Positions 49,714 to 62,889 of a DNA stretch of 64,000 nucleotides are shown one piece after another. Position 1 is the first letter of the stretch; each line of letters starts with the position of its first letter. A program made the position numbers and the translations under genes. The stretch is from Octopus vulgaris (lineage: Eukaryota), in NCBI GenBank assembly GCA_951406725.2, contig OX597815.1:162378001-162442000 (forward strand), in the 5' to 3' direction. Below the pieces are notes generated by a model that saw only the letters and a list, made by a program, of their open reading frames with translations, searched no databases and was not told the origin of the DNA.

Positions 49714-51438
49714 GTATGTATGTATGTAAATACATACATACGTACGTACGACGGGCTTCTTTCAGTTTCCATCAACCAAATCCACTAACAAAGTTTTGGT
49801 CGGCCCGAGGTTATAGTGGAAAACACTTGCCTAAGGTACCACGCAGGAGAAAACTATTTATCATACAGCCACGCCTATTTAAGTAAACTTAGATAAATTT
49901 TAACATTTGTTTCATTTATGGTGTAACTATCCTTGCTTTGGAAAAATCAGTAATCTAGAATGGCTTTGGAACCAAAGATTTCGGAAAATCGATGACGTAC
50001 CCGTATTTGGAATGAAAGAAAGCAAGATGAGAAAGAAAAGGCGAAAGATCGATAAACGACAATCAAACACCAAATGGTTTCTATTTAAGAATAAAACATT
50101 AGAATAAATCTAAGAATAAATTTTCAGCACTGGTCAGTTCATTAGCTCAGCTATTGTGGTTTGGTAGAGTAAAATTAATGTACATTAAGTGCATGTTCTA
50201 AATTATGGTGGTTTCCAGTTTAATGTCATTTAAACATCGTTCTCTCGGAATTTATTTGTTCTCAGTTACTTTGGAAATCGATATTGTCAGGCTATTCAGA
50301 TCTTGTTTCTCTGATGGTTATCTCGTACTCTACACTGTAACTGTACTGTACTCAAAGCTTTTTTTTTGTTTTATTTTCCTTAAATGTATTTTCTATTTAG
50401 TGTTTTTTTTTCCTTCTTCAGTGGCGGCGATTTCTTTTGTATTTGTTTAATTCTCTGATCACATGACAGTCAATGACATTTTGAACTAAGCACAGGACGG
50501 TCATTGCGTATAGACGAGTTACTAACACATAGCAGCTTCGTAGGGCTTACAAAAAGTAAAAGAAAAAAAACAATGAACAAAGAACAAAATGAATCAATTA
50601 ATAAAAATAAAATAAAACTCTAGCCACCCAAAATGCTACTTAAATATCCACTTGAAGCGCATTGTGATATATCTCTTTGTTTTCCAACCGGATAAATTTA
50701 AGACTAACTAAAGGGATCTCCGTCGGTTTCAACGGTGAGCATTTAGCTGTTTGATCAAATGAACTGCCTTCTCGTTGAATTAACACGTCAGTGGCTGAGT
50801 ATTCCTCAGAAGCGTAAACTTTTAGTGGAATTCGCAGGCTGTAAGACAGAGTTGGACTTACGAATTACAGGTGTGATCTATCCTGTTCGTTTCCGAACAG
50901 TTTCTGTCCAGCAGTGGCAAAACTATATTATGTGCCGCCTAGAGCAGCCCTTGAGTTTGCTCTCTTGTAAAAGGCAAGGGAGATAATTCCGAAATTTAAA
51001 TTGATAAAAACTCAAATGGGGTTGGTGCATGGAGTGTGAGTACGGGATTTGATAAGTTTGATGACAACTCTAGACATGTTTCACTTTTATAAGGCCTCTT
51101 CAGCATAATTTGTATTTGAGGAAACGTTCATTGATCAAGTAATTTAAAATAATGATATGAGAAAATTTTCCCGGGACGCCTTCTGCATGAAAAATATAAT
51201 GTTGTGACCCACCACATATTTTTATCTTTTATCGTTTACGTGTTTTGGTCATTCGATTGCAGCCACGCTGGAGCACGACCTCGAAAGATTTAGTCGAACA
51301 AATCGACTCAGTATTAATTTCTTATAGTCTGATACTTATTCTATGACTTATTTGCCGAACCACTAGGTTACAAGAGCATAAAAAAGAAAAAAACCGGTTG
51401 TCGAGCGATTGTGGTCACGCACACACACATTTATTTAC

Positions 51439-51633
51439 AAGCAGTTAAAAATATGTCTGGTCATAGAGTAACCAATGGTTTGACATCCATAAAGCGCTAG
51501 GTCTTATAGACGGCTGGTCTTTGAAAAGGGACATGCATCTGCCATTGAGTCTGACGAGCCTTCTATAAGGCTTAGCGCTTTATGGATGCGAAACTATTGG
51601 TCACTCTGTGACCGGACATATTTTTAACTGCTT
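51439..51633. mobile_element. MITE or hairpin with ~70-bp inverted arms
   Basis: AAGCAGTTAAAAATATGTCTGGTCATAGAGTAACCAAT... mirrored by ...ATTGGTCACTCTGTGACCGGACATATTTTTAACTGCTT. Confidence 0.75.
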
Positions 51634-51652
51634 TATTCTTTAGAGTATGCTT

Positions 51653-51784
<132 letters not shown>

Positions 51785-51839
51785 GTGCGTGTGTGTGTGT
51801 GTGTGTGTAAAATACAGAGTACATATAAACACATTTAGA

Positions 51840-54000
51840 GGTATCCATCATGGATTGGCCAAAGAGAAAAGTGTTTGTCTTCAGCCCCTTCAATCCCGTC
51901 CACCATACAACCTTTTTCACCATGGCCACCAGGCATATAAACACAGCCTTTCCTTCCCGGTTAAAGAAAGGCGGCGAGGCGATCTTCACGATGGATTCAA
52001 TTGACAGCCGGATCTACTCACACGCGACAGCAGGCGTTCGACATAAACCCACAGGTTAGTAATGCTCGGGCACAGGCCGAGTGCATGTAGGACCGTCTCA
52101 TCGTCCTGCTCGGCTGACGGCACTTCCGTGATTGTAAAGTTTATCTCGTACAGACAAAGCTCCCCGATAGCACTGCCAGACCAGAGATTTTTGGAAATTA
52201 CCCATCGGTCCCGGGCCGAAAGTTCTCCGGGAGAGAGCGGCTAGCTGATCTTCTTCGACACTTAAGGTCTCCCCAAAACGTCGTCGCACTTTTCATCCAC
52301 TAACCATTTATAAAAAAACTAAAGTGGACGTTCCACATATTGCATTGTCCGATTGGCTGAGGGCTGTGAGCGCTTTAAGACATTCCACTTTCCAAATGCT
52401 CCTCTCCCGGTCAATATCGTTTTAAAAATTAACAGCTACCTCATCAAAATCTCATAGCTACAAGATAATGCATGATTAGTTTAAAATAATGTGGATGAAG
52501 AAGCATTAATTTTGGCAGAATAATGCGAATACTAAAGGGTTAAGACATTCCACTTTCCAAATGCTCCTCCCTCGGTTTCTGTTTTACCCAGGACTGCAGT
52601 TCCGTTTAAGAAATTAACTGTGGAAATGTGTCAGGCGAACGGTGACCACACCTGTTCACCTGCAAGGAAGCACTGGAGATGTCGTTGCCTCAGTGCATGT
52701 CTGCGCATCATCAACCACGGTATGCTCAGGCCACCACCTAGCGGGTATTGACAGCAGACAGACCGCTGACTATTGGGACGTGTCCTTTTCACAAGCAGCG
52801 GAGGAGTATACGCTCCAGCGTAATCAGAGGTGGCTCGGACAAGGCACGACGGTCAAGTGAAAGTAGATGACGGGCACGATATACGCGTTAACCACCTCTG
52901 CCTGACCTTTCAGGGGTAACTTTCTCTCGGCCCATTTCTATGTGAGAGTAGTCATCCTGCTCTTTACGTCATCTCAGTTTTTGTCCATCTGGAGGTCCGG
53001 ACCGAACCAATCCCGAGCAATTTAACCGGTCCATCCGTCCAGCGCCCAACGACACAGTTGGACGGCATAGACTTGCTTCTCCGGGTGCCAAGCTGCAAGT
53101 CCACTGATTTTTCCTGGTTTAATCGTCGCTCCTGAAACCACTTCGTAGTCTCTAAGAGCGGTGCCGATAGTTTCTATTGTCCCGGTCAACGCCCTCTTAA
53201 CTAGTTCTCTAATCCGGTCGCTGAAATCTTTACGTGCCGGTAATGACGCGTTCAGCTTCCAGTAACCGGGTCCCTGACTATGAAGCCTAAGTAAACTGTT
53301 ACAGATCACGAAACTGTGGTCTGTGTAGTCGACTACTTTAAACTGTGGACAACCTATGCTATCCTTATCTGCTACTTTACAGAATACCCTATCTAGATAC
53401 GATCTGGATGACCCGATGCGGTTTGACCAGATCCACACTGGCACATCCGGGAAATCCAGTCGATACTTGTCAGATAGTTGGAATCGTCTACGAGGCTTTT
53501 GGGTTTACGAGGCTTTTGCACCCTCCTTTCCTTTCTGCTAAACCTACACAGTCCCACCTTACATCTAAAACTCCATTCCAATCTAACACTAAAGAGCGGG
53601 TCGTTCCCACGAAGGCTTCCAGATGTTTGAAAAGATCTGGTCGTCCTGCTCCTGTCTGGGCATAGACGGCAACTAACCTAAGTATGTCACTCGCTGCCTG
53701 TCACGTCCAGGACCACCGATTTACCTTCCGGATCCAGGTAGATCAACTTTATTGCAAGATCCAGATTTTTCTGAACCATCACAGCAACTCCACTTCTCGC
53801 TCCCGGATGACTTGATGCGTACACCTCATAGTCGCCAAAAATATGTCGGAAGTCCCGTGGGTCAGAGATTCTGGTTTTACTAATGGCCACCACGTCGACA
53901 TTCAGTGCTCTGAGGTCGTTGAGCAGGTGACCTCGCTTCCAAGGCGACCCCAGCCCACGTACATTCACGCTACCTATTCTGTACACGGCCATGTTGTCGG
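51840..54000 (-). mobile_element. Degenerate L1/Tx1-clade LINE ORF2: APE endonuclease joined to the post-RT region, RT core deleted
   Basis: MAVYRIGSVNVRGL..., SYLDRVF, YTDH and GPGYWKLNASL (APE), then directly YEVVSGATI and WQCYRGALSVRDKLY; homologous to 23002-23460. Confidence 0.85.
52405..52543. mobile_element. piggyBac-like right-end fragment
   Basis: Ends AAAGGG-TTAA; flanked by a 30-bp direct repeat that begins with TTAA. Confidence 0.45.
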
Positions 54001-54510
54001 AAAAAGGAAAGAAAATAAAAAGAAAACTTACTTGGTTTTGTTTGGAGAAGCATATTGCCTGCCCCACCTGTTGGCTTGGAATGTTTCCAACAGTAGATCA
54101 CCAAGAATTCTCTTGGTGACATTCCCTCGAAAATCTTCGATTTCCTGTGGGAATCGGGCTTTTAAGTGTGTGTATGTGTTTTATGTTGTCTGAATGATTT
54201 GTATGTGTGCAGGTAGGGAGATTATGTTTGTGTGTGTTATTATGTACTTCATTAATTTATTGTTTTTTGTGCTTATTGCCATGTAGTTTGCAATGTTAGT
54301 CTCTTTAATGTGTTTGTTGTTGTTGCTGTGGTTGTGGTTGTTGTGTTTGCGTGCATGGGATGGCCAGTGTGATATTTTGCTACTGCCTCTGCTACTTCCC
54401 CTTCCCAAGCTTCCTGTCATACTGTAACATCTCTTCACTCGCCCTAGGACGCTGGGTGTGTCTCAGCAAATGACTGTAACAAACATGCAGATTAAAAGTA
54501 AAAAAAAAAA

Positions 54511-54620
<110 letters not shown>

Positions 54621-55207
54621 TCCTTTCTGCTTAAGGCACAAGGCCTGAAATTTTGATGGGATGGGGCTTGTCGATTACATCAACCCTAGCGTTTCACTGG
54701 TACATAATTTATTGACCTCGAAAGGATGGAAGGCAAATTCGACCTCAGCTGAATTTGAACTCAGAACGTTAAATTCCGGTTGAGATACTGCAAAGCAATA
54801 ATAATGAAGATGGTTTCTTTATTAGACACCATGGCTCACTGAAAAACGAGGATATTACAAGTATAGAGTTACAGAAAATAGAGAGTGAGATTTTACGTGT
54901 AAACAAAATGATATAGAACAACAAAAAACAATAAAGAAAAATACAAAAGCTCTCAGGTAACAATCAAATTTTAACAAAGAAAATTCCCCAGGTGGGATTG
55001 CGTAATACAACTAGCGTGAATGATATTTGTCAGTTGATGTATGAAATTCGTTCATTCTTTGTTGATTGTGTAATTAATGATTTTTTCCCCCCTTTTGTTC
55101 GTGTTAGGTGCGGTATTCTGGCTGAAGGTATGTGTGAATTAGGTTGCGCTTAGATTCATAATGTTGGTGGCGCACGTGGCAGTGATAGAGGTGATGGGGT
55201 GATGATA

Positions 55208-55243
<36 letters not shown>

Positions 55244-55721
55244 TTAATAGTACCGTTGGAGGTGACGTTGGAGTAATATTGCTCAAAAGTATTTTCCCCT
55301 TCGTTCGAATCTCCCAGTTTTTTTTGGTTTTTTTTTGCATAGTGTTTTTTTAAATTTATTCTCTTGAGAAGCTTTTGCCATTTTGTGTATCTCTCGTCAT
55401 ATTTGTCACACAGTATGTGTGAGTTATCTGTGGTGGGGAGGAGCATGTCTTGTGGGGTATGTACGTTTGTTCTGTTTTTTTTTTTTGCTTTGGTAATATC
55501 TTCTTTTTCTTTTTCTTCTTCTTCTTCTTCTTCTTCTTCTTCTTCTTCTTCTTCTTCTTCTTCTTCCAATCAGGACTCACGCCATTTGCCACAAAGAATA
55601 ATTTCTAATTCGAGCCTGCTATAAGCAACTAAGAATACGTGTGGCAACTTGAAGATCCACCCACCACACGCAATAGACTGGCGGTTGCATGGGCGCGAAA
55701 GCTACGTTGTTATCCTCATTC

Positions 55722-57281
55722 AAACGTGTTATTCAAGGCCTCGATGTCAACAAGGGTCACGGCCCTGACGGCATACACCCACGGGTTATCAAAGCGTTGG
55801 CTCCGGTCATCTGCGAGCCCTTAACACGACTATTCAATATGTCATTGGCGACGGGTGTTATACCTGCAGACTGGAGAACAGCGATAATCTGCCCAATTTT
55901 CAAGAAAGGGAGCCGCGAAGACCCGCTTAATTACTGACCGGTTTCCCTTACATCAATAATCAGCAAGATGTTCGAAACCATCCTTAAGAAAAGTATGATG
56001 CTCCACCTCCTAAACACAGCCTCTATCTCTGATTCCCAACACGGCTTCGTGCCGAAGAGATCATGCTTGACCAAATTACTAGTAATGGAAGAATTGGTGA
56101 CGCGCATCCTCGATGATAGTGATGCTGTTGACATCGTTTTATTGGACTTTGCCAAAGCTTTTGACTCGGTAAACCACCGCCTATTACTTGTCAAGCTTCA
56201 AGCATATAGTTTCCATCCGGATATTGTACGATGGGTTGGTGCCTTCCTCTCAGATCGCTCCTTCCAAGTCCAAGTTAATGGTTCGCGGTCCGACGTCTCC
56301 AGTGCGAGCAGTGGCGTGCCTCAAGGTTCAGTGCTTGGGCCCTTGTTGTTCTTAGTCTTCATAAATGACTTGCCCGACGACCTCACGCAACACACCCTTC
56401 TATTTGCCGACGATATCAAACTGGTCGCTCCTCGCGGTAATATAGAGGATCTTCGTCGATGCCTCCACCAAATTTGGAAGTGGTCTAACGATTGGGACCT
56501 GTGTCTGAACGTGTCAAAGTGCTGTCATCTGCCTGTCGGCTCTACTCCTGCAACTCAACTTGATTTCGAGCCGGGTCGTCTGCTGCTGGAGAGGACCGAT
56601 CAGGTAAAGGACCTAAGTATCTTGGTGGATTCCTCCTTTTCGCCTTCGGCCCAGTGCGTCCATGCTGCCAACAAAGCACGCGGAATTCTGTTCTTGATTC
56701 GACGGTCATTCGGAATGCTCAAAGCAGCCATATTCCTACCACTCTATGTCACGCTGGTGAGACCCATATTGGAGTATGGGATTCAAGCCTCTTCTCCTTA
56801 TCTCATCAAAGACATACAGCATCTCGAAAGAGTCCAGAAGCTGGCTACCCGCATGGTTCATGGTCTCAAAAATTTGTCCTACGAAGAAAGGCTGAGGACG
56901 CTCGACCTTTATTCTCTTGAAAAACGCCGCCGCCGTGGTGATCTCATTCTCGCCCACAACATCATAAGCGGAAAGTGTAACCTCTCGAAAGAGCTGTTCT
57001 TCACTCCTGCTCCAGAGCGTCGGCTGCGGGGTCATTCCGAAAAGCTCTACCTGCGACGATTTCATCTCAATCGAAGGAGAGGAGCTTTCTCCGTCCGGGT
57101 TGCGGATCCGTGGAACAAGCTGCCAGACGAGATGGTGAAGATGCCGACGACCGCTTTGTTCAAAGCCTCCCTGGACCTCAAGTGGCCTGAACTCTTTACA
57201 TGAACACCACCCTGTACTTAACTCCATGTCCCCCTACATGGCCTTGCTATTTGCTTTTGAGCCAAATTAACTAACTAACTA
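55722..57281 (+). mobile_element. CR1-clade LINE, 5'-truncated (RT domain to 3' end), with 18-bp TSD
   Basis: GPDGIHPRV, IFKKGSR, NY*PVSLTS, QHGF, DFAKAFD, SGVPQGSVLGPLLF, FADD and RGHSEKL; (TAAC)n tail; TSD ACGTTGTTATCCTCATTC at 55704-55721 and 57282-57299. Confidence 0.95.
55968..57203 (+). pseudogene. CR1 ORF2 reverse transcriptase (no endonuclease; TGA at 55935-55937 interrupts NYRPVSL)
   Basis: 411-codon open frame with non-LTR RT motifs; the upstream frame 55722-55937 continues it. Confidence 0.9.
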
Positions 57282-57610
57282 ACGTTGTTATCCTCATTCC
57301 GTAAACGGTGGCTTTTTAACAGATGGAGAGCTCATCCTGAGGTACAGAGGATTCGCAATCTAGACTAGGGTCTGAAAGTTTACCACACCATAGTGAGTTA
57401 CACCATGGGTCCGCTGCTTTGTGGCAGAAGTAGAAAGAAAGAGTGAGAGAAAGTTGTGGTGAAAGAGTACAGCGGGGTTCACCACTAACCCTCACCGGAG
57501 TCTCGTGGAGTTTAGGTATTTTTGCTCAATAAGCACTCATAATGCCCGGTCTGGGAATCGAAACCGCGTTCTTGCGACCGCGAGTCCGCTGCCCTAACCA
57601 CTGGGCCATT
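57282..57610 (-). mobile_element. tRNA-headed SINE-like element interrupted by the CR1 (probably continues at about 55620-55721)
   Basis: Minus-strand head TGGCCCAGTGGTTAGGGCAGCGGACTCGCGGTCGCAAGAACGCGGTTTCGATTCCC (A and B boxes), then TTATTGAGCAAAA as in family 3. Confidence 0.65.
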
Positions 57611-60600
57611 GATGTTGCTGCTGTCGGTGATGTGGTAGCTCTTGGCGATAGCGTTTCTTTTTGTTATTTTTGTTGCTGTTGCCTTCATTGTTGCTTCCAT
57701 TCTTGCAGCCGGTGCTGCAACCACTGTTGCTGCGGTTGCACACTTTTGCATGCGTTGGCTTTGTTGCTGGTGTTGAAGTTGTTGTTGTTGTCGTTGTCGT
57801 TGCCACCGTTGATATGATGTTGGTTGTAGTGGAGCGTTTCTTCCAGCTGTCACGTTTTGAAGAACGCTTTAGGTGATTATTGTTTCCACAACAGTGGCAT
57901 CTAGACATTCTACGCTTCACTATCACCTTTAGTCGTTAGCCTCTTGGAATCTTTGTTACGTCAGAGATCATGTCCAGTGTCCCAGGTTTCACCTGAATCC
58001 ATACTCCAATGCAATACATTTCACAACACACTAATAGTCTATTTCTGCTAGTATTTTCGCAATTTTTATCTCAGTCATTCTACATCTCAGGTAAATTGGT
58101 ATCAGTGCAAATTCTTCATTTCTACGTGAGGTGGGATGGTAGAAGTGCTTCTGGGCTAGGGTTTACAAGTGAAAATTCACTCTTTTACAATTATATCGAC
58201 TGGTGAGTGTGACGTAAAGCCGGAAGAAATTTTGTCTGGCATGCTAACGATTCTGAGCGTATAAATGTATCGGATAGAAAAAGTCGAAGGTTACCCGTGA
58301 GAGGCCTTCGACTTTTTCTATCGAGAAGGGTTTTTTTTAGCCTTATATTTACACGCTATTGAACATGTTAGATGTCGTCCAATGATATTAGTTAATCGTT
58401 CACAGACGTCGAGATGCGGTGCAAAACGGAAAGAAAATGGCACCCTCTTTAATGTTGGATGTTTCCCACTGATACGAGTTAACTGTTCCCGGACGTCGAG
58501 ATACTGTGCAAAGCTGAAAGAAAATAGCACCCTCGGCCTCTCACATGTCGAAGTAACACCACTGGCTCATGTACTGAAGCAAAGAATTTCAGACGCTTAT
58601 TTCGTTTCATAAATAATTTCATTTTATGTCGGGATGTTTACATACAAAATGCTGGTGTTGCTAAAATGCAGAAAACATCTTTGAACAGAGTAAACTTAGT
58701 GTATTGAACATGCACATACACAAAATACAGTGCAACTGTTATGGATCAAACATGGCGTATCATGAAATATGCTAGTCGCAGGCGAAAAGGTAACTGCTCT
58801 ATTGTTGTAGTGGAAACAAAACAATAGTTATATAATTAGAAGCGCCTTCAAGTGGACTAACCAATTGTTCCAAAATTGCTGGGAACAAATTATAGTTTAA
58901 GAGTGATAATCCGAATTTGCTCCATGATCCCAATCAAAGGAAATCCCCCATCTTAAGTTAGGATTTCTTTTTTTGTCATTGCTGTAAATATATTTCAAGG
59001 TACCCAACTTACACTGATGCTTACACTGATGCTGAGCAGAAGAATCTTAGAAGATCAACTGTCAGGATCACCAAGCTCTATCAAGAGAGTAACTGCAAAG
59101 CATCTACAGGGGTAGCATCCATGGTTGTGTAATCAGCAAATGAAAGATTTATTCTGACCCAATCACCCAATTCAAATTAATAGAATTGAATGGTAACAGA
59201 AAATCATGGGAACATGTGAAAGCAGTGCGAACGGATGCTGATAATATATAACTTCTCTGCTTCGAGATCCAATGTTCTAAAAAATTATTTATTTCAAGTT
59301 CTCTCGAAAGTTTCTAGAATTTTTTTGATGGCAACATAATCAATGAGTTTTTCTTCTTCCTAAAATGCTTTTTCAAATAACTGATGTTTGAATTACTTCT
59401 CGCATTTTTGCAAGCCTGTTTTAATAAATTTACAACATCGTTTGGTTTGTGAATTGTCACTCAGTCCTTTGGATAAATTTTCCATGACTTTCACAAAAAT
59501 ACGATGGCTTTCGTTGGCTTAATATTAATTTTGTGAGGCCAGTTACATTCTACGGTTGACTGATGGGTTTCTGGTGTATTACTCAACTTTATTTAAGTCA
59601 TCTCGAAAGGATATTAAAAAGAAAAAAATTAGTTTTTTTAAAAAAAATCAATTGAGCAAAAGTTATTTTAAAATTTCGGAATTTCAGTGGAGATAACTCT
59701 TACATTGAAGTGAGGAAAAGTTACTTCCCTTGTAATTTCTGACACCTGTTGTATAGTAACTTGGGTCAACAAAAGCGCCAAATACTTGATTGCTGAACTA
59801 GTTAAAAATAGAAGCTACAGTTGTCTCAGATCATTTTCTACCATTTTCAAAAAGGAAGGGAACTTTTAGTTAAAGTAGTCCTATACTCCGATCTTATTAC
59901 ATTTCTTCCAACAACCTGAAGTTTTTCAAATGTTCACCTGATTATCCTTTTCAAAAAATGTAATTTTGCTTGATAATAACAAAAATTGTTATTCCATCCC
60001 CCCACCGATACCACTGAGACTAAAAGTTACAAGCATTTAAAATTATGTAATTTTGGGCAATTGTAAATCTTCGTTGTTGACGTATCGTCTGCGTTGATCT
60101 CCATAGCAATGGAGATCAGCACACACGAAATCTTTACGCGGATTCCCAGCCTGCTACAAATAGCAACCAAAGCTTCCTTAAACTACCTATAACATCTAAA
60201 AAACAAACAGGACGAAACATTTTGACACAATACCGTTTATTTCCTCGCTTGTGGCAGGCCCAAGTTATTTCCATTTCTTGAGTGGTTTTCATAACATTTA
60301 AATTAAAGTCAATCTCCACGGATGTATTTTTATCGAAATCATATAGAAATGGTTACTGCCTTTTTCTGTTCTCCATCACCAAACTTTGTTTACAGTGTTA
60401 TCATAAGAGAAAAGAAAGTACATTTGATATCGATCTGTTGTGCTCAATTCGTGTTTTGAGTGTCATGAATTCAGTAAAAGATTACATTCGTGAGGACTGA
60501 CTTTATTAATTTCTAGAAAAAAAAAAAAAAAAAATGAGGGCGATTTTCCGGCATCAACACGCAAAACTATACATCAGAAGTATATTTTTTGATAATAATC

Positions 60601-60786
60601 TGTTAAGAATTTTTAAAAACTTCAAATGGTTGAAAGAAATTTATTAAGTTCCCTACACTCACCTAAGCCTAAAAAAGACAACATAGTCACAACTGGGATC
60701 AACGTAGGACCCAAAAAATAACAATACATAGATAGTCATTTGTGATGAAGCTGTAATGTCCCAGTATTTGCCATTAATACCATAAT

Positions 60787-61190
60787 ATTTTCTACTCTAG
60801 GCACAAGGCCCGAAATTTTGGGAGAGGGGCCAGTCGATTAGATCGACCTCAGTACACAACTGGTACTTAATTTATTGACTCTGAAAGGATGAAAGGCAAA
60901 GTCGACCTCGGTAGAATTTGAACTCAGAACATAAAGACAGACGAAATACCTATTTCTATTTCTTTACTACCCACAAGGGGCTAAACATAGAGGGGACAAA
61001 CAAGGACAGACAAACGGATTAAGTCGATTACATCGACCCCAGTGCGTAACTGGTACTTAATTTATCGACCCTGAAAGGATGAAAGGCAAAGTCGACCTCG
61101 GCGGAATTTGAAATCAGAACATAATGGCAGACAAAATACAGCTACGCATTTCACCCGGCGTGCTAACGTTTCTGCCAGCTCACTGCCTTG
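60787..61190 (-). mobile_element. SINE family 1 dimer (full copy joined to the 3' part of the other tail subfamily)
   Basis: Junction GACGAAATACC|TATTTC at about 60950, as at about 35008. Confidence 0.85.
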
Positions 61191-61859
61191 CCATTAATAT
61201 CATGGTGTTAGACATGTTAGTGACATAGTTTGATAGCAGTGTCATTGTTTTATAACGTGTGTTTATGTATGTGTTTATGTGTGCATATGTATCAACAAAT
61301 GTGTGCGCGTATAGGTACAGACATGATGTGTGGTAAGAAGTTCGTTTCCCAACCACACAGTTCTGGGTTCAATCCCAATGTGTGGAACCTTGCTCAAGTG
61401 TCTTTTATTATAGCCAACGAAATCTTTGTGAGTGGATTTGATAGATGAAATTACACACATTCATACGTACATACATACATAAGTATGTAGTTTGAGAAAC
61501 AGGAAAAGCATGGTCTTACAAGAGATCAATGCCATTCAATTTTTGGTGGTTTGGGCAAGATTCTCTTGGCACTTTAGATCTCTTTTTTCTGTTTTTATGT
61601 CTGAAGAGCTGCATCTCACCTGAGTGAACTACTTAAAATCTTGGGATATTGAGTTTTTGTTGCATATAGGATATGGAAGGACACTTAATTATTTCTGAAG
61701 AGTCATGAATAAAGGAGGTAACCTACCAGACATAATCAAAATAAAACCAGGGGCACTCTGACCAATTTATTTCTTATTATGATCTAAAATGCTATAGAAC
61801 TTGAAAGTGGAGGAATTGTATATAGGTGGAATTGTATATAAGTGGAGGAATGGTATATA

Positions 61860-62280
61860 AGCTGCACCAGGCTCCAGTCTGATCTGGCAGAGTTTCTACA
61901 GCTTGATGCCCTTCCTAACGCCAACCACTCTGCGAGTGTAGTGGGTGATTTTTACTTGCCACCTGCACAGGTGCCAGGGGGGTCCGGCATCGGCCACAAT
62001 CGGTTGGAGCTTTTAACGTGCCACCGGTATGGAAGCCAGCCAAGGCGGTGCTGGCAACGGCCACGTTCGGATGGTGCTTTTTATGTGCCACCGGCACAGA
62101 AGCCAGTCGGGGCAGCGCTGGCATCGGCCACGTCTCGGATGGTGCATTTTATGTGCTACCGGCACAGAAGCCAGTCGAGGCAGCGCTGGCAACGGCCACG
62201 TTCGGATGGTGCTTTTGCCGAACGTGGCCGTTGCCAGCGCCACCTCGACTGGCTTCTGTGCCGGTAGCACATAAAAAGCA

Positions 62281-62284
<4 letters not shown>
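61860..62284 (-). mobile_element. RTE-related SINE-like repeat with ~64-bp internal tandem units and a terminal fold-back
   Basis: Reverse complement of 63170-63482; tandem GGTGCTTTTTATGTGCCACCGGCACAGAAGCCAG units. Confidence 0.65.
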
Positions 62285-62322
<38 letters not shown>

Positions 62323-62889
62323 TTATTTATTTACCTTGAAATACATAAGATGGTGAATTAATAATATTAAAATTTTCCAATGTTTTTTTTTTAATATACA
62401 ATAACTTTGCAAATACTATTTCCATAATTCTCAATTTTAATATGTATTTTAACTAACATACAGCAACAACTGTGACCACACAGTGGATTATTATAATGGA
62501 ATAAGCAGATGTGCTTCAAGAGGAAACAAGCTGGGATTTACCTTAACTACCTATATTATATATGCTGTGTTCTTGAGCAAGACACTTTATTTCACGTTGC
62601 TCCAGTTTACTCAACTGTAGAAATGAGTTGCAATGTCACTGGTGCCAAGCTGTATTGCCTTTACCTTTTCCTTAGATAACATTGGTGGCATGGCGAGAGA
62701 AGGCTGGTGCGCATGGGTGACTGTTGGTCTTCCATAATAACCTTGCCTGGACTTGTGCCTCAGAGGGGAACTTTCTGGTGCAATCTCATGGTCATTCATT
62801 ACCAAAGAGACCTTTACCCTTTACCCTTTATGTGTATGTGTGTGTGTGTGTTTGTGTGTGTGTTGGATGTGTGTTTTGCTCTCTCCTAG

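Noticed and set aside
56736-57227. Antisense ORF MELSTGWC... present three times
   Set aside because: Shadow frame of the CR1 ORF2; it recurs only because the LINE copies are near-identical.
57545-57610. tRNA gene (and other tRNA-like heads)
   Set aside because: No intact acceptor stem or Pol III terminator, and it runs directly into a SINE body; treated as a SINE head.
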